Shown here piece by piece: positions 20,225 to 29,806 of a DNA stretch of 53,474 nt; position 1 is the stretch's first letter; every line of letters starts with the position of its first letter. Origin of the DNA: a virus (taxonomy: Duplodnaviria > Caudoviricetes). The stretch covers positions 1 through 53,474 of the IMG/VR virus record IMGVR_UViG_3300025131_010455; one strand, 5' to 3'. The position numbers and the translations under genes are program-made. The notes under the pieces were generated by a model. That model was given only the letters and a program-made list of their open reading frames with translations, had not been told where the DNA came from and ran no database searches.

Positions 20225-22240
20225 TTAATAAGCTTCATGCACCGCAGTTACTCGTGGTTGCGCATCTTTTGGCAATTGGTCTTTGGGCACATTATTGAAC
20301 TGTTCCTGCACGTGTACATACACAGCCTTGGGATAACTCTTTCGGAACCAACCTCTTAAAAAATTATCAATTTTTTTAGCAGACTGAGAGGGGCCAAAAG
20401 AATCCATCCACTTACCGTTACCAACATATGTAATCCAATGATGAAAATTTTCTGTAGGCTTATAAGCCTTTGTTTTGGACCAATCCATTTTAACGTGCAC
20501 TATCATTCCGACTTTAAGACTCGATTGTTCAGTAAGTTCTCTTATGGTCATCCCCGCTCCAAAACGTTCTTTCTTGGCAGTCTTTACTATTGGCAAATAA
20601 CCATGAATCTGGGTATTCACACCGTCCCACGGGTGGCCTCTGCTGGGGCCTTTTTTCGTTCTTGACGAGCCGGCTATTTGAGCTAATTTTGCAGCAAATT
20701 GCAAACATCTTCTTTTCCAATATTTACGTAAGCCATCTGGCGCCGCCGCGTTTTTTAATGCTTGAAATGCTTGTTGCAGCTTCTCAGGCGCAACTTCACC
20801 ACCAATTGGCACAGCATCTCCCACCACAGCATTTGCTCCGAGTGGGCCGCCGCCGCCTAAACTACCAAGTTTTGAACACACTGAAGTTAAACTTTGTGGT
20901 TGACCAGTTGTTGGTACTTGCGCAGCCGTATTTGGTTGGGCCCCAGCTTCTGGAGCTGTTTCTTTTAATGGTTTGTTAGTGGCTTTTGGTTCTTTTTTTG
21001 CTTTGGCTTTCTTGTGCTCTTCCCGTTTCTTTTTCAATTCCTTTATTTGCTCAGGCGTCATGTTCTCTTGGCCGATAAAGTCCTCGGCCGGCCCTCCGTA
21101 TGGATCGATGTCGTCTTTGGGATCCTTTTGTTCTGCATTGACCAATACCCATTCTCCAGATATTTCCCATTTTCCTGGGGATATTTCCTTAACGGGTGCA
21201 TGTACTTTTTTGCCTTCGTCGGCGTCTGTCCCATCTTTGGGAAGAGTCATTTTTGTTCTTACATCAAATGGTTCTTTACCAGGCTCCGCAAAGCCTAAAA
21301 ATTCTGGTGGGATATTACTATATTGTGATTCGAGAGCGCGAAGTTGAGTCTGTTCATTTTGCCATTCATCATATGACATATATGTTGGTTTCGGACGATC
21401 ATCAATAATTTTTTTTGCCTCTTTCAATACCGACTCTAAAAGATTGACACTGACAATTGGTATAGTATTAATACCTTTGCCGTGCTCCACAATCTCATTT
21501 GTTTTTTGGGGCGCCTCATGACAAACATCCTTTGAGCTAACAAATTTACTAGTCTCTAGTTTGCCCAAGGCGGCACTGTGTCCACCAGAAAATGGTTTTG
21601 CAGTAAAATTAGGGAGAGGAGGGGCGAGTCCTAACATTTCTTCAGCGGCTTTCCAGTTGGCGCTATGAAACCCACTTGGAGCAGAAGCTTTTGACATATG
21701 CCAAAATTGAGATGTGGCGCTGAACTGATTTCCAACGTATTTAATTGCCTCAATTACCCATTTTTTAGAAGTAAACACACCATCATTGAACTGTAAATGC
21801 TTGATTTTTTCTATGTAGGTAGGTTTTTTCTCTTCAGTTAAAAATCTAGCTAGAGAGCCGCCGCCGGCGCTGAATCCATACATATGTAATTTCATATTTG
21901 CATATGCTGTGCTACTATCTGTGCCTAATTCTTTAGACAACGACTCTAATGTGTCTTTAATAAAGTTAGGGGCAGGATACCATTTTTTAACTAGGCCGGT
22001 CTTGGTCTCTCCTGATGGAGCCACTACAATGGCATTGGCAGCTGCATCAATTTGCTTTCTAATAGCCTTGTTTTTCGCAATTTGATTTCCGCCGGTATTA
22101 TCGCTATGGAAATAAAGTACAAAATCATAAGGAGCGTTAAAATTAAAATCTGGGGAGGCGTATAACCAAACTTTCTTTGACCCGCCTTTAAGAGAAGCTG
22201 CGCTAGCAATAGTAATTGTTTTTGGTAATTTAGTAGCCAT
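20225..22240 (-). CDS. Two-enzyme protein: N-terminal alpha/beta-hydrolase plus C-terminal NlpC/P60- or CHAP-like Cys peptidase, joined by a Lys/Pro/Gly-rich linker
   Basis: VLYFH, NAIVVAP, nucleophile elbow GFSAGG, FNDG and GGHS at the N-terminus. RCLQFA...LKVGMIV...HHWITYVGNGKWMDS at the C-terminus. Confidence 0.6.
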   Translation of the reverse strand: MATKLPKTITIASAASLKGGSKKVWLYASPDFNFNAPYDFVLYFHSDNTGGNQIAKNKAIRKQIDAAANAIVVAPSGETKTGLVKKWYPAPNFIKDTLESLSKELGTDSSTAYANMKLHMYGFSAGGGSLARFLTEEKKPTYIEKIKHLQFNDGVFTSKKWVIEAIKYVGNQFSATSQFWHMSKASAPSGFHSANWKAAEEMLGLAPPLPNFTAKPFSGGHSAALGKLETSKFVSSKDVCHEAPQKTNEIVEHGKGINTIPIVSVNLLESVLKEAKKIIDDRPKPTYMSYDEWQNEQTQLRALESQYSNIPPEFLGFAEPGKEPFDVRTKMTLPKDGTDADEGKKVHAPVKEISPGKWEISGEWVLVNAEQKDPKDDIDPYGGPAEDFIGQENMTPEQIKELKKKREEHKKAKAKKEPKATNKPLKETAPEAGAQPNTAAQVPTTGQPQSLTSVCSKLGSLGGGGPLGANAVVGDAVPIGGEVAPEKLQQAFQALKNAAAPDGLRKYWKRRCLQFAAKLAQIAGSSRTKKGPSRGHPWDGVNTQIHGYLPIVKTAKKERFGAGMTIRELTEQSSLKVGMIVHVKMDWSKTKAYKPTENFHHWITYVGNGKWMDSFGPSQSAKKIDNFLRGWFRKSYPKAVYVHVQEQFNNVPKDQLPKDAQPRVTAVHEAY

Positions 22241-22245
22241 CTTCT

Positions 22246-23535
22246 TTAAGTTTTACCTTTTTTCGTTTGTCCCGGGCAGACCCACCATTCACCCAAAGCT
22301 TTATTTGTAGGAGTTTCTGTTCCAAATTGATCAAATAATCTCTTGTAATAAATCGCTACGCTAAGCAGCGAAGCATATGGATCTAATAAATCTTCATGTT
22401 TATAGTCTTTAAGAAATGACTTTCCTTGCTTGCTTTTTGCGAGGCTATTATATTTTTCTTTACTAAATTGACCCATGCCATATCCAGTGTTGTAGCCGTC
22501 TTTAATAGCCACATTTGGATCATTTCCGTGGCATCCAACTGGTTTAAAACCGCTTTCTCCATATAATACTCCCCACGGTATCCATGAATTTTTAGCCTTA
22601 AGTCCACATTCGTTTGCTGCATATATCATAGCTTTTTTTAAATTATCTTGACTCCAATATTCCTGCAGTTTTCCAACATTATTTTCTGCTTTTATTTGTT
22701 TTTCATATAGATAATAAATATATCTACTTTTTTCATTATCCCATATCGATGGAGGTATGATAATTCTTCCAGATGGACTAAATTTAGTATCAGCTGGTAT
22801 GCTCATTGGATTACCAGTGGAGTTAATATCGCCTGCATTAGCTCCTAGACACGCTTCCATAAAAGCAGCAATCGCTTCCATTATCGCTTCCATGGAAAGA
22901 CCAGCCATATCATTAACACGGCCTAAATAAATTGGATCTTTCATTGGGCCGTTTTTAGGTTTAAATCTCCAATCAACATATATCAAATCGCCAACTTGTG
23001 GCGCGGCCATCTTTTTTTCTGCGGTAAAAACTGTATGCATTCGAATGATATCAAGTTGTGCTTTTGTTGGTTTGCCACTTAATGCACCAATTGGTTTTGG
23101 ATACGTATCAATTCCTGGTACTCTCGCGCGGATTCTGCAGCGAGGTTCGATCTTGATATCTGTTAATTGAGTAATTTGTGCCTCTGGGCTTCCCGGTTCA
23201 AAAGGTATTGCATCAGGTGTTTGCAAACCTGTTCCATCGTCAACCACTTCTATACAAATAGCTCTAAACGGTCCACTATTGTTTATAGAATCTGGTATGA
23301 ATTGTTTTTTAACCACACCTTGTAACACACCCCACCCTGTAGTATGCGAAGGGTCGTATTTTTCTCCGAAGTCAGCTGTATCGAAATAATTAAATATTTC
23401 CGGATGATCTAATGCTTCCTCAAAAGTTAACTTTTTAGATGTTGAGGGTGGTGATTTTTGTTTGGCAGTATTGCGTGATGTGGGCGCCCCGCCGGCACCA
23501 CCGCGCAATGTGTCATCATCGGGACGATCTGACAT
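22246..23535 (-). CDS. gp5-like OB-fold protein fused to a lytic transglycosylase (SLT/lysozyme-like) domain
   Basis: N-half FRAICIEV..RIRARVPG..PQVGDLIYVDW..PIYLG resembles the gp5/VgrG OB fold. C-half GESGF (catalytic Glu-Ser), GYGMGQF and DLLDP are SLT motifs. Confidence 0.65.
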   Translation of the reverse strand: MSDRPDDDTLRGGAGGAPTSRNTAKQKSPPSTSKKLTFEEALDHPEIFNYFDTADFGEKYDPSHTTGWGVLQGVVKKQFIPDSINNSGPFRAICIEVVDDGTGLQTPDAIPFEPGSPEAQITQLTDIKIEPRCRIRARVPGIDTYPKPIGALSGKPTKAQLDIIRMHTVFTAEKKMAAPQVGDLIYVDWRFKPKNGPMKDPIYLGRVNDMAGLSMEAIMEAIAAFMEACLGANAGDINSTGNPMSIPADTKFSPSGRIIIPPSIWDNEKSRYIYYLYEKQIKAENNVGKLQEYWSQDNLKKAMIYAANECGLKAKNSWIPWGVLYGESGFKPVGCHGNDPNVAIKDGYNTGYGMGQFSKEKYNSLAKSKQGKSFLKDYKHEDLLDPYASLLSVAIYYKRLFDQFGTETPTNKALGEWWVCPGQTKKGKT

Positions 23536-23536
23536 T

Positions 23537-23845
23537 TTATGATGATTCCTGAATTAAATCAAATAATTGATTTTTGTCTGTTTCTGTCAGAACATCTGAA
23601 GTTTTTTCTTGCTTGCTTAACAGCGCGCTGATTTTAACCAATTGCTCATTGGACCTTTGTAGGGTTTCAACGTACTTCGAAGCAATTAAACCATATTGTT
23701 TATGACTTTCATCTTCGCTATTTTCTTTAATTTTTATTAATAAATCTGTTAATAATGTAGAGGTGATGGCACGATCTTGTCGTATGTTGCTGATTGCTTC
23801 ATCCAGGTAAGCGTTAAGATCATTTAGTTTTCGCTGTTGTCCCAT
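23537..23845 (-). CDS. Hypothetical helical protein (102 aa)
   Basis: Co-oriented ORF filling the gap between the sigma-like gene and the spike module. Confidence 0.7.
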   Translation of the reverse strand: MGQQRKLNDLNAYLDEAISNIRQDRAITSTLLTDLLIKIKENSEDESHKQYGLIASKYVETLQRSNEQLVKISALLSKQEKTSDVLTETDKNQLFDLIQESS

Positions 23846-24510
23846 TTGATTTTAAAATTCCTATACTTAATTCGAATCTTGTTAAGATTGTTAACTACCT
23901 GTTTTGTATTTAAACCGGTAATCTCCCTTATATATAAGTAAATAGCTTTTTTGTTGAAAATCTCAATATCTTCTGAACTCTCAAATAAAATTTTTATTGC
24001 TTGAATAATTTTTCTTTCATTGTCTTTAAGTTTTAATTTTTCCCAATTTTCAATTTCGCGCCAAAGATGCTGCCAAAACTCATGTCTTTCTCTATCTTCC
24101 AAATATAAATTGTGTTCTACTAGTGTATAATTATCATCTAAATTTACTACAATATTTTCGATTAAAACTTCTCGATGAAGCTTGAGAGAGTTTTTTTTAA
24201 TTTTATGTATAAACCAATTTTTTGTTGTAACACTAAAATACGAAAAAGCTTTTGAACCCTTATTGGGATCATATTTATCTAAAATGGTTATTAACCAGTT
24301 TTTGCAATCGTCCTTGAGGCTGTCGATATTTGGCAAATTATTAAATTTATATGTATATACAATTTTATCAACCAACTCGCTAAAACACGGCCCTATGAAT
24401 TCTTTATAAAGTTTTGTTTTTAGTTTAGGATCGTTAGTGAAAACATATTCAACTATTGCATTCTCATGAACTTTCGTAAAATACATATTTGTAGTTTTTT
24501 TTCTGGCCAT
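23824..24510 (-). CDS. Phage RNA polymerase sigma-factor-like protein (T4 gp55 / sigma70 region 2-like)
   Basis: MYFTKVHENAIVEY...LKDDC..WL...LDKYDPNKGSKAFSYFS matches the region 2.2-2.3 pattern (kFDp.kg.kafsYf). C-terminal HTH-like IYLYIREITGLNTKQV. Confidence 0.65.
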   Translation of the reverse strand: MARKKTTNMYFTKVHENAIVEYVFTNDPKLKTKLYKEFIGPCFSELVDKIVYTYKFNNLPNIDSLKDDCKNWLITILDKYDPNKGSKAFSYFSVTTKNWFIHKIKKNSLKLHREVLIENIVVNLDDNYTLVEHNLYLEDRERHEFWQHLWREIENWEKLKLKDNERKIIQAIKILFESSEDIEIFNKKAIYLYIREITGLNTKQVVNNLNKIRIKYRNFKIKWDNSEN

Positions 24511-24513
24511 ATA

Positions 24514-24810
24514 TTATTCTTCCGACTCCTCTTCATTTTCAGCCTCGTACTCAGCATCATAAATTTCCCTTAGCATTTCCACTTCTTTTAATATTGTTTT
24601 GGAATGCTGCAAAAGCCTTTCTAGCGTTTCATCTCCATAGAATCTTTCTAAATTATATACAACATCAATATGTTCATTATATTCTTTTAAAATTTCAAAA
24701 AAATCTTCCATATTATCGGATAAAGATAAAAGCCTTTTTAAAAGCTGCACAATATACCAAACGAACATAGCATTTAAAATAATTGATATAATTAAGAAAA
24801 TAATAGTCAT
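24514..24810 (-). CDS. Small membrane-anchored coiled-coil protein
   Basis: Hydrophobic N-terminus MTIIFLIISIILNAMFVWYIV, then a helical region and an acidic tail. Confidence 0.7.
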   Translation of the reverse strand: MTIIFLIISIILNAMFVWYIVQLLKRLLSLSDNMEDFFEILKEYNEHIDVVYNLERFYGDETLERLLQHSKTILKEVEMLREIYDAEYEAENEEESEE

Positions 24811-25056
24811 TTATCTTTTTTGCTCCAATTCTTTCTTTTGCTCTTTCAAATCTTCTCTAGCTTCGCCAAGATACTCTTTTACTAGATGTCCAGGTTTTTG
24901 TTTCTGTTGCTTAAAGTTAGTTATAAAAGTGCTTGGAATTCTTTTTAAAGAATCCTTTGCGTCACACAATTCGCAATCAACTAATTTTTCTTTTATAGAG
25001 TGTGTTCGTTGATATTCTTCTGTACAACTATCACAGCGATAAATATATCGCGGCAT
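24811..25056 (-). CDS. FmdB-family zinc-ribbon protein
   Basis: MPRYIYRCDSC...CELC..LKRI is the FmdB signature. Start moved from 25086 to the ATG at 25056. Confidence 0.85.
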   Translation of the reverse strand: MPRYIYRCDSCTEEYQRTHSIKEKLVDCELCDAKDSLKRIPSTFITNFKQQKQKPGHLVKEYLGEAREDLKEQKKELEQKR

Positions 25057-25057
25057 A

Positions 25058-25294
25058 TTATTCTGGTTGGGAGCCGACAACATCAAAATCTAAATTTTGT
25101 TGTAGATTCTCTTCCGTCTCCTCATTAAACTTTACCAACGGCGGATTCATAACAATCAATCCTTGTTCTGAAAGTCTAAATCTAAAATCCTGCAATACCG
25201 GCACGATATCACTTTGTTCCATTAAGCTCTTTTGAAGCGCCATCATAACGGAGCCCAAAGCTTGATCTGAAAAATACATGTCTTCTTTAATCAT
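25058..25294 (-). CDS. Hypothetical protein (78 aa)
   Basis: Co-oriented ORF with GGAGG SD, coupled to both neighbours. Confidence 0.7.
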   Translation of the reverse strand: MIKEDMYFSDQALGSVMMALQKSLMEQSDIVPVLQDFRFRLSEQGLIVMNPPLVKFNEETEENLQQNLDFDVVGSQPE

Positions 25295-26165
25295 TTAATT
25301 CCTCCTTAAGTTTTTTAAAACATTCACTTATACCATCAAATATATTTATTTCTGGTTCCCAACCACATTCTTTTAATTTGAGCATGTTTGCTTTTGTATA
25401 TAGCACATCGCCTTTCCGGTCTTCCACGTAATTAAATTGCACATTGGGAAAATAATCCAGAACTATATTTTTTATCTCATTCAATGAAACGTTCGAACCG
25501 GTGCCCACATCTAGATGTTGACCATCAAATTTTCCTTCATATTTCATGGCAAATATATTAGCGGATACAACATCTTTTACATTTGCCATATCTCTCCGCT
25601 GACCACCATCGCCAGTGATAAATGGATTTTTGTCCTCTCTTATAAACTGCATAAAATTAGAAACTGCTGTAGCATATGGCCCGCTAGCTTGTTGATCTGG
25701 CGAATACACATTGAAATATCTCAAACTTACAGTGTCTAAGCCATATAATTTTGAATACAATTCACATTCCATTTCTGAAATTAACTTTTGTAATCCATAT
25801 GGGCTGTTAGGGCCATTTCCATCTCCAACAACAGACGAAGAGCCAGAATAAATAACTCTTTTTGCTCCAACTTTTCTAGCAAAATTTAAAACATATGTTG
25901 TGCATAACACATTATTTCTCATTGTTTGTGTGGGAAACTCAACACTGTATGCGACTCTGGGAATGCATGCTAAATGAAAAACATATTCTGGTTTGAAATC
26001 AAAATATGATTTATTAAACGGCTCCTTAAGACAATATAAAATGTCTTGAGTTGCGGCAGCTTCTTTAAAATCGATACCCATTACCTCATGACCCAGCTCT
26101 TGTAATTTTGCATACAAATGAGTTCCAATATATCCTTTATGCCCAGTCACTAAACATCTAGCCAT
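25287..26165 (-). CDS. NAD-dependent nucleotide-sugar epimerase/dehydratase (extended SDR)
   Basis: LVTGHKGYIG, VFHLA, YSGSSS, YGLQK (YxxxK), LRYFNVY, GDGGQRRD. Likely start ATG 26165 after a GGAG SD (track start 26210). Confidence 0.9.
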   Translation of the reverse strand: MARCLVTGHKGYIGTHLYAKLQELGHEVMGIDFKEAAATQDILYCLKEPFNKSYFDFKPEYVFHLACIPRVAYSVEFPTQTMRNNVLCTTYVLNFARKVGAKRVIYSGSSSVVGDGNGPNSPYGLQKLISEMECELYSKLYGLDTVSLRYFNVYSPDQQASGPYATAVSNFMQFIREDKNPFITGDGGQRRDMANVKDVVSANIFAMKYEGKFDGQHLDVGTGSNVSLNEIKNIVLDYFPNVQFNYVEDRKGDVLYTKANMLKLKECGWEPEINIFDGISECFKKLKEELND

Positions 26166-27025
26166 TATAATTTCTCCTTCTCGATGACGGCGCCTTTTAT
26201 AGTTTTCCAATCATATTCATTGCGCACTTCTAAATTCTTTTCCCATGCCGCTTTCATGACAGTGGGTTTAATCTCAATACTATCAAACAAGTGAATAAAT
26301 GCATTTAAATCTTTAGGAAAACATTTTCCGCCAAAACCTCTTTTCCCATCGTGCCCGGGGACATTTAAGTGTGAATTCCCAATTCTCCCATCAGAAGTAA
26401 ATCCACTCATTGCATCCTTCCAGTTTACTTCTAATCTTTCTGCAGCTTGCTTAAGTTCATTCATATAAGAAACTTTTACGGCAAAAAACGAATTAGCCAT
26501 ATATTTAATAAATTCTGCTGTTACAGCGCTGGTTTCTATTATTTTTGTATGAGGGAAGCGAACTCTAAAGAGAGTCTTCACTTTTTCTGTATTTTTCTTT
26601 TTTCCACCGAGCACGATTCTAGCAGCATTAATAAAATCTAATCGAGCTACACGCTCTGTCAAAAATTCTGGGCTGTGTATGATGTTTAAATTCGGGTGCT
26701 CGTTAATATATTTTTGCGTAGTTCCAGGTATAATGGTCGACTTTATGATAACAACGTTGTCCTCTCTCTTATTGACTCTTGATATGTCGTTAAATACTGA
26801 ATTCATTATAGAAAGAACAATTTCTCCTCCTTCGGCCAACTTCATTGGAGTTGGTACGCAGACAAATACAAAATCCGAATTAACTACGTCCGCAAATTTA
26901 TGCGTTGCTTTTCTTCCGTCTGTGTCATAAATCTTTATATCTGTGCACAAAGAAAATCCCGCAGCCACAGAAGAGCCGACAAATCCATTTCCAATAATTC
27001 CTACACTAAACACTATATCCTCCAT
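26165..27025 (-). CDS. UDP-glucose/GDP-mannose dehydrogenase family protein, short form lacking the C-terminal domain
   Basis: GIIGNGFVG, FVCVPTP, IKSTIIPGT, PEFL, AEFIKYMAN, GFGGKCFPKD (catalytic Cys). Only 286 aa. Confidence 0.9.
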   Translation of the reverse strand: MEDIVFSVGIIGNGFVGSSVAAGFSLCTDIKIYDTDGRKATHKFADVVNSDFVFVCVPTPMKLAEGGEIVLSIMNSVFNDISRVNKREDNVVIIKSTIIPGTTQKYINEHPNLNIIHSPEFLTERVARLDFINAARIVLGGKKKNTEKVKTLFRVRFPHTKIIETSAVTAEFIKYMANSFFAVKVSYMNELKQAAERLEVNWKDAMSGFTSDGRIGNSHLNVPGHDGKRGFGGKCFPKDLNAFIHLFDSIEIKPTVMKAAWEKNLEVRNEYDWKTIKGAVIEKEKL

Positions 27026-27639
27026 TCTTTGTATTCTGGGTCTTTTGTTTTATTGTTTTTATGCATTCTGTAGCGATAAAAAGGAATCCTTAAGTGATGA
27101 ATTTTATAAAACTCATCCAAACGTTTTCTTAATTCCTCCTCTTCACGATGACGCATGTTTGAATTATAACCACCCATTTGCAAAAGCAAATCTCTCCTAT
27201 ACATTATACCACATGAAATGTTATCTTTTTCTGCATATTTTCTCTCTATAATATTTTCATGCCGATCAACCAAAACATAATCACAAGACAAACAAAAGGC
27301 ATCATGATTCGCTTCTAAATATCGTTTCATTATATGGCACATGTCGGAACTAACATAGTCATCCGCATCAACGCGAATTACAAACTGTCCTTTGGCTGCT
27401 TTAATTCCTTTATTTGATGATTCTGCGACACCAACATTAGTTTTATTTTTAATAATTTTTATATCTTCTTTGTACGCACCAATCACCTCTAAAGAATGAT
27501 CTGAGCTGCAATCATCTACAATGATGACTTCGACATTGACATTTTTTTGTGCCAAGCAACTTCTTATGCATCGCGGTAAATAATCTGCATAATTATAATT
27601 TGTAATTATAATGCTCACATCTGGATATTTACTTTTCAT
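27013..27639 (-). CDS. Glycosyltransferase family 2
   Basis: VSIIITNYN, IIVDDCSSD, NVGVAESSNKG, RVDADD. Likely start 27639. Confidence 0.9.
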   Translation of the reverse strand: MKSKYPDVSIIITNYNYADYLPRCIRSCLAQKNVNVEVIIVDDCSSDHSLEVIGAYKEDIKIIKNKTNVGVAESSNKGIKAAKGQFVIRVDADDYVSSDMCHIMKRYLEANHDAFCLSCDYVLVDRHENIIERKYAEKDNISCGIMYRRDLLLQMGGYNSNMRHREEEELRKRLDEFYKIHHLRIPFYRYRMHKNNKTKDPEYKEWRI

Positions 27640-28408
27640 ATAAAATCTTTTCTTTGGAAATATTTTTTGCATAATTAAAATCTAAAAATGAACTATTTTT
27701 AACGAAATATTCATTGTTATTATATATTTTTGCGAATTCTTTTCGCTGATCAGCTCTGTGAACTACTTCCATTTCAGACAATCTTAAATCATCTCCGTGC
27801 AATATCGAGTATTGCTGAGCGTCAACAGAGTCACAAGGATTAATCTCTCTTAAACCAGACAGCTTTAAGCGATGATATATATCATCATCATCGCCACCAT
27901 AGTGTCCAACGTTTTCATTAAAACCATTAATGACAAAATAATCATTTGAATGCACTAAAAAATTACCATAATTAATTTCTGGACTTAATCGCGACGGCAT
28001 TGAAGCTTTTGTATCTTGTATCCTGGTTGCAACGAATGATTCTTTTTCTTTCACCTTTTTAAACCAGTGATCAATGTATGTCATTCCCAAAAAAACATCC
28101 GCATCGCTAAAAACAAAAACAACATCTTTGCCCTTATAATAAGCTGCTCCTAAATTGCGTGCTTTTCTGGGATTGAACTTGAGGTCTTCTAATAGCTCAA
28201 CACACTTAATGTTATCTAAAAATGGTGAAAACGTGTCTTTTCGAAATTCAATCTCCTTCAATAGGAATTCTTGAAAATTATCATTCGAGTGAAAATCAAC
28301 AAGAACCAAATCATATGGTCGACCATATTGAGAAACCATAAAAGGAAAAGTCTTTAAAAAATGATTTAATCTATTTTTAATAGTAACAATTATTACACTT
28401 TTTTTCAT
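27629..28408 (-). CDS. GT-A glycosyltransferase (GT2 / GT7 C-terminal-like)
   Basis: LVDFHSND, ARNLGA, FSDADV (DxD) and INGFNENVGHYGGDDDD, like the GT7 WGGEDDD motif. Confidence 0.8.
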   Translation of the reverse strand: MKKSVIIVTIKNRLNHFLKTFPFMVSQYGRPYDLVLVDFHSNDNFQEFLLKEIEFRKDTFSPFLDNIKCVELLEDLKFNPRKARNLGAAYYKGKDVVFVFSDADVFLGMTYIDHWFKKVKEKESFVATRIQDTKASMPSRLSPEINYGNFLVHSNDYFVINGFNENVGHYGGDDDDIYHRLKLSGLREINPCDSVDAQQYSILHGDDLRLSEMEVVHRADQRKEFAKIYNNNEYFVKNSSFLDFNYAKNISKEKILYEK

Positions 28409-29103
28409 CTTTTTTTCTCACAAAAATTACGCAACTCACACAATTCTTCATAATTCATTGAACATATATGCGCGCTTTCTGTATCGCACTGTAAAGAATG
28501 ATCTATAGTAAAATGTTTTTCTATAATCTGTGCGCCTCTTTTAACTGCCTCTTTGCTAGCTTCAATTCCAATTGTATGATCGCTGTATCCGACCAAACGC
28601 CCGCTGAAATTTTCAGGCATTAATTCAAGTGCCTCTTCGGCGGTATGAGGATATTTGGAAACGCAATGAAAATATTTTACATTGTTTTCACAAAAGGGAA
28701 GATATTCTTTTTCCCAATTTCCTAAAGAGCAATATGTTAACAAACCTTTACCTATCATCTTCTTGCAAAATCCAAACTGGTCCCGAACAAGAGAACTAGC
28801 TATTTTATTTATTTTAACGTCAGATTTTAAAATCCACTCAAATCTATCTTCATGAAAAGCAGAAGCAAAAAAATCTATATTTAAACTTTCTGAAAACTTT
28901 TTAAGACGAAGGAATTGTTCTTCTGTCATAGAAAGATATTCCCAACGTTCTCTATTCTCTCCAGGCATTTGATACGTGTCGTATAACTGCACTTTAACTG
29001 CATTAGCACCGGCCATCTTAGATTGCAAGATCATTTGTTCCGCTCTTTCTACAGAACCTCCCCACTGGCCACAAAGTTCGCTAATTATATAAATCTTACT
29101 CAT
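28405..29103 (-). CDS. neuB: N-acetylneuraminate/nonulosonate synthase family protein (NeuB-like, no SAF domain)
   Basis: IISELCGQWGGS, GANAVKVQ, KIASS, HCVSKYP, GYSDHTIG, GAQIIEKHFT. 232 aa. Confidence 0.85.
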   Translation of the reverse strand: MSKIYIISELCGQWGGSVERAEQMILQSKMAGANAVKVQLYDTYQMPGENRERWEYLSMTEEQFLRLKKFSESLNIDFFASAFHEDRFEWILKSDVKINKIASSLVRDQFGFCKKMIGKGLLTYCSLGNWEKEYLPFCENNVKYFHCVSKYPHTAEEALELMPENFSGRLVGYSDHTIGIEASKEAVKRGAQIIEKHFTIDHSLQCDTESAHICSMNYEELCELRNFCEKKR

Positions 29104-29806
29104 TACTATTTTTTTCCATTATAACTTCGCCCATCGGGCCCCAATCAGTATAATCCGAAACAGTCGATTTAAATCTATCAATAACTTCTTGACTAAAGTT
29201 TTCTGGCGCTTTGATCTTGGGAGTAAACTCAACAAGCCACTCATCAATATATTTGTACGCACCAGTTTTCAATAAATGATCAATAACTTTATATTCTGCG
29301 CCTTCAATATCAATTTTCAAAACATTATGATTTTCTTTATTTAGGTTTTTAAAAATCCAGTCGGACAAATTTAAACATTGAACCGGATCGCGGAAGCTGC
29401 CGGCAGTGAAATCTTGAAGTACAACCACTCCTTGGGCCGAGCGCTCAACAAGAGTGTGCTCGGCGCCGGAAAACGCTAAACCAACTGGCTTACCCTTGTA
29501 AAAATATGGCACAAATTGCCCCTTCTTAATTGTTTGTTCTTTGTTGGGACAGAGAGATGAGCCGGTTCTGGTGCCCCAAGCTTGAATCCAAAAATCTTTT
29601 ATTTCATTTTTTACCCAAACAGCTTGTGCATAAACCGTTAAATCAAGTGAATCGTTTTTAGAAAACTTTTTCAATATATGTGAATAATTTAAATATTCTG
29701 GTTCAAAGGCGTCTATTTTTATTAATCTTTCTTTATATTTTTCTATTGCCCAATCTATTGCGTTGCCAATATTTGCGCCACAATCTATGAAATGTACTTT
29801 TTTCAC
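29096..29806 (-). CDS. FkbM-family SAM methyltransferase
   Basis: FIDCGANIG, AFEP, LKIDIEGAEY, LVEF. Confidence 0.85.
   Translation of the reverse strand: MKKVHFIDCGANIGNAIDWAIEKYKERLIKIDAFEPEYLNYSHILKKFSKNDSLDLTVYAQAVWVKNEIKDFWIQAWGTRTGSSLCPNKEQTIKKGQFVPYFYKGKPVGLAFSGAEHTLVERSAQGVVVLQDFTAGSFRDPVQCLNLSDWIFKNLNKENHNVLKIDIEGAEYKVIDHLLKTGAYKYIDEWLVEFTPKIKAPENFSQEVIDRFKSTVSDYTDWGPMGEVIMEKNSNE

Noticed and set aside
22236-22270. Possible programmed frameshift fusing the SLT gene to the esterase-peptidase gene at the A-run AAAAAAG
   Set aside because: The -1 frame that leads to ATG 22240 meets a TAA right after the A-run (AGG TAA), so slippage there cannot fuse the genes.
10635-23535. Type VI secretion system, tailocin or extracellular contractile injection system
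   Set aside because: No TssJ/L/M, ClpV or Afp15-like ATPase in the window. The wedge is T4 gp6-like and the neighbours (sigma factor, PhoH, nuclease) are phage-like.
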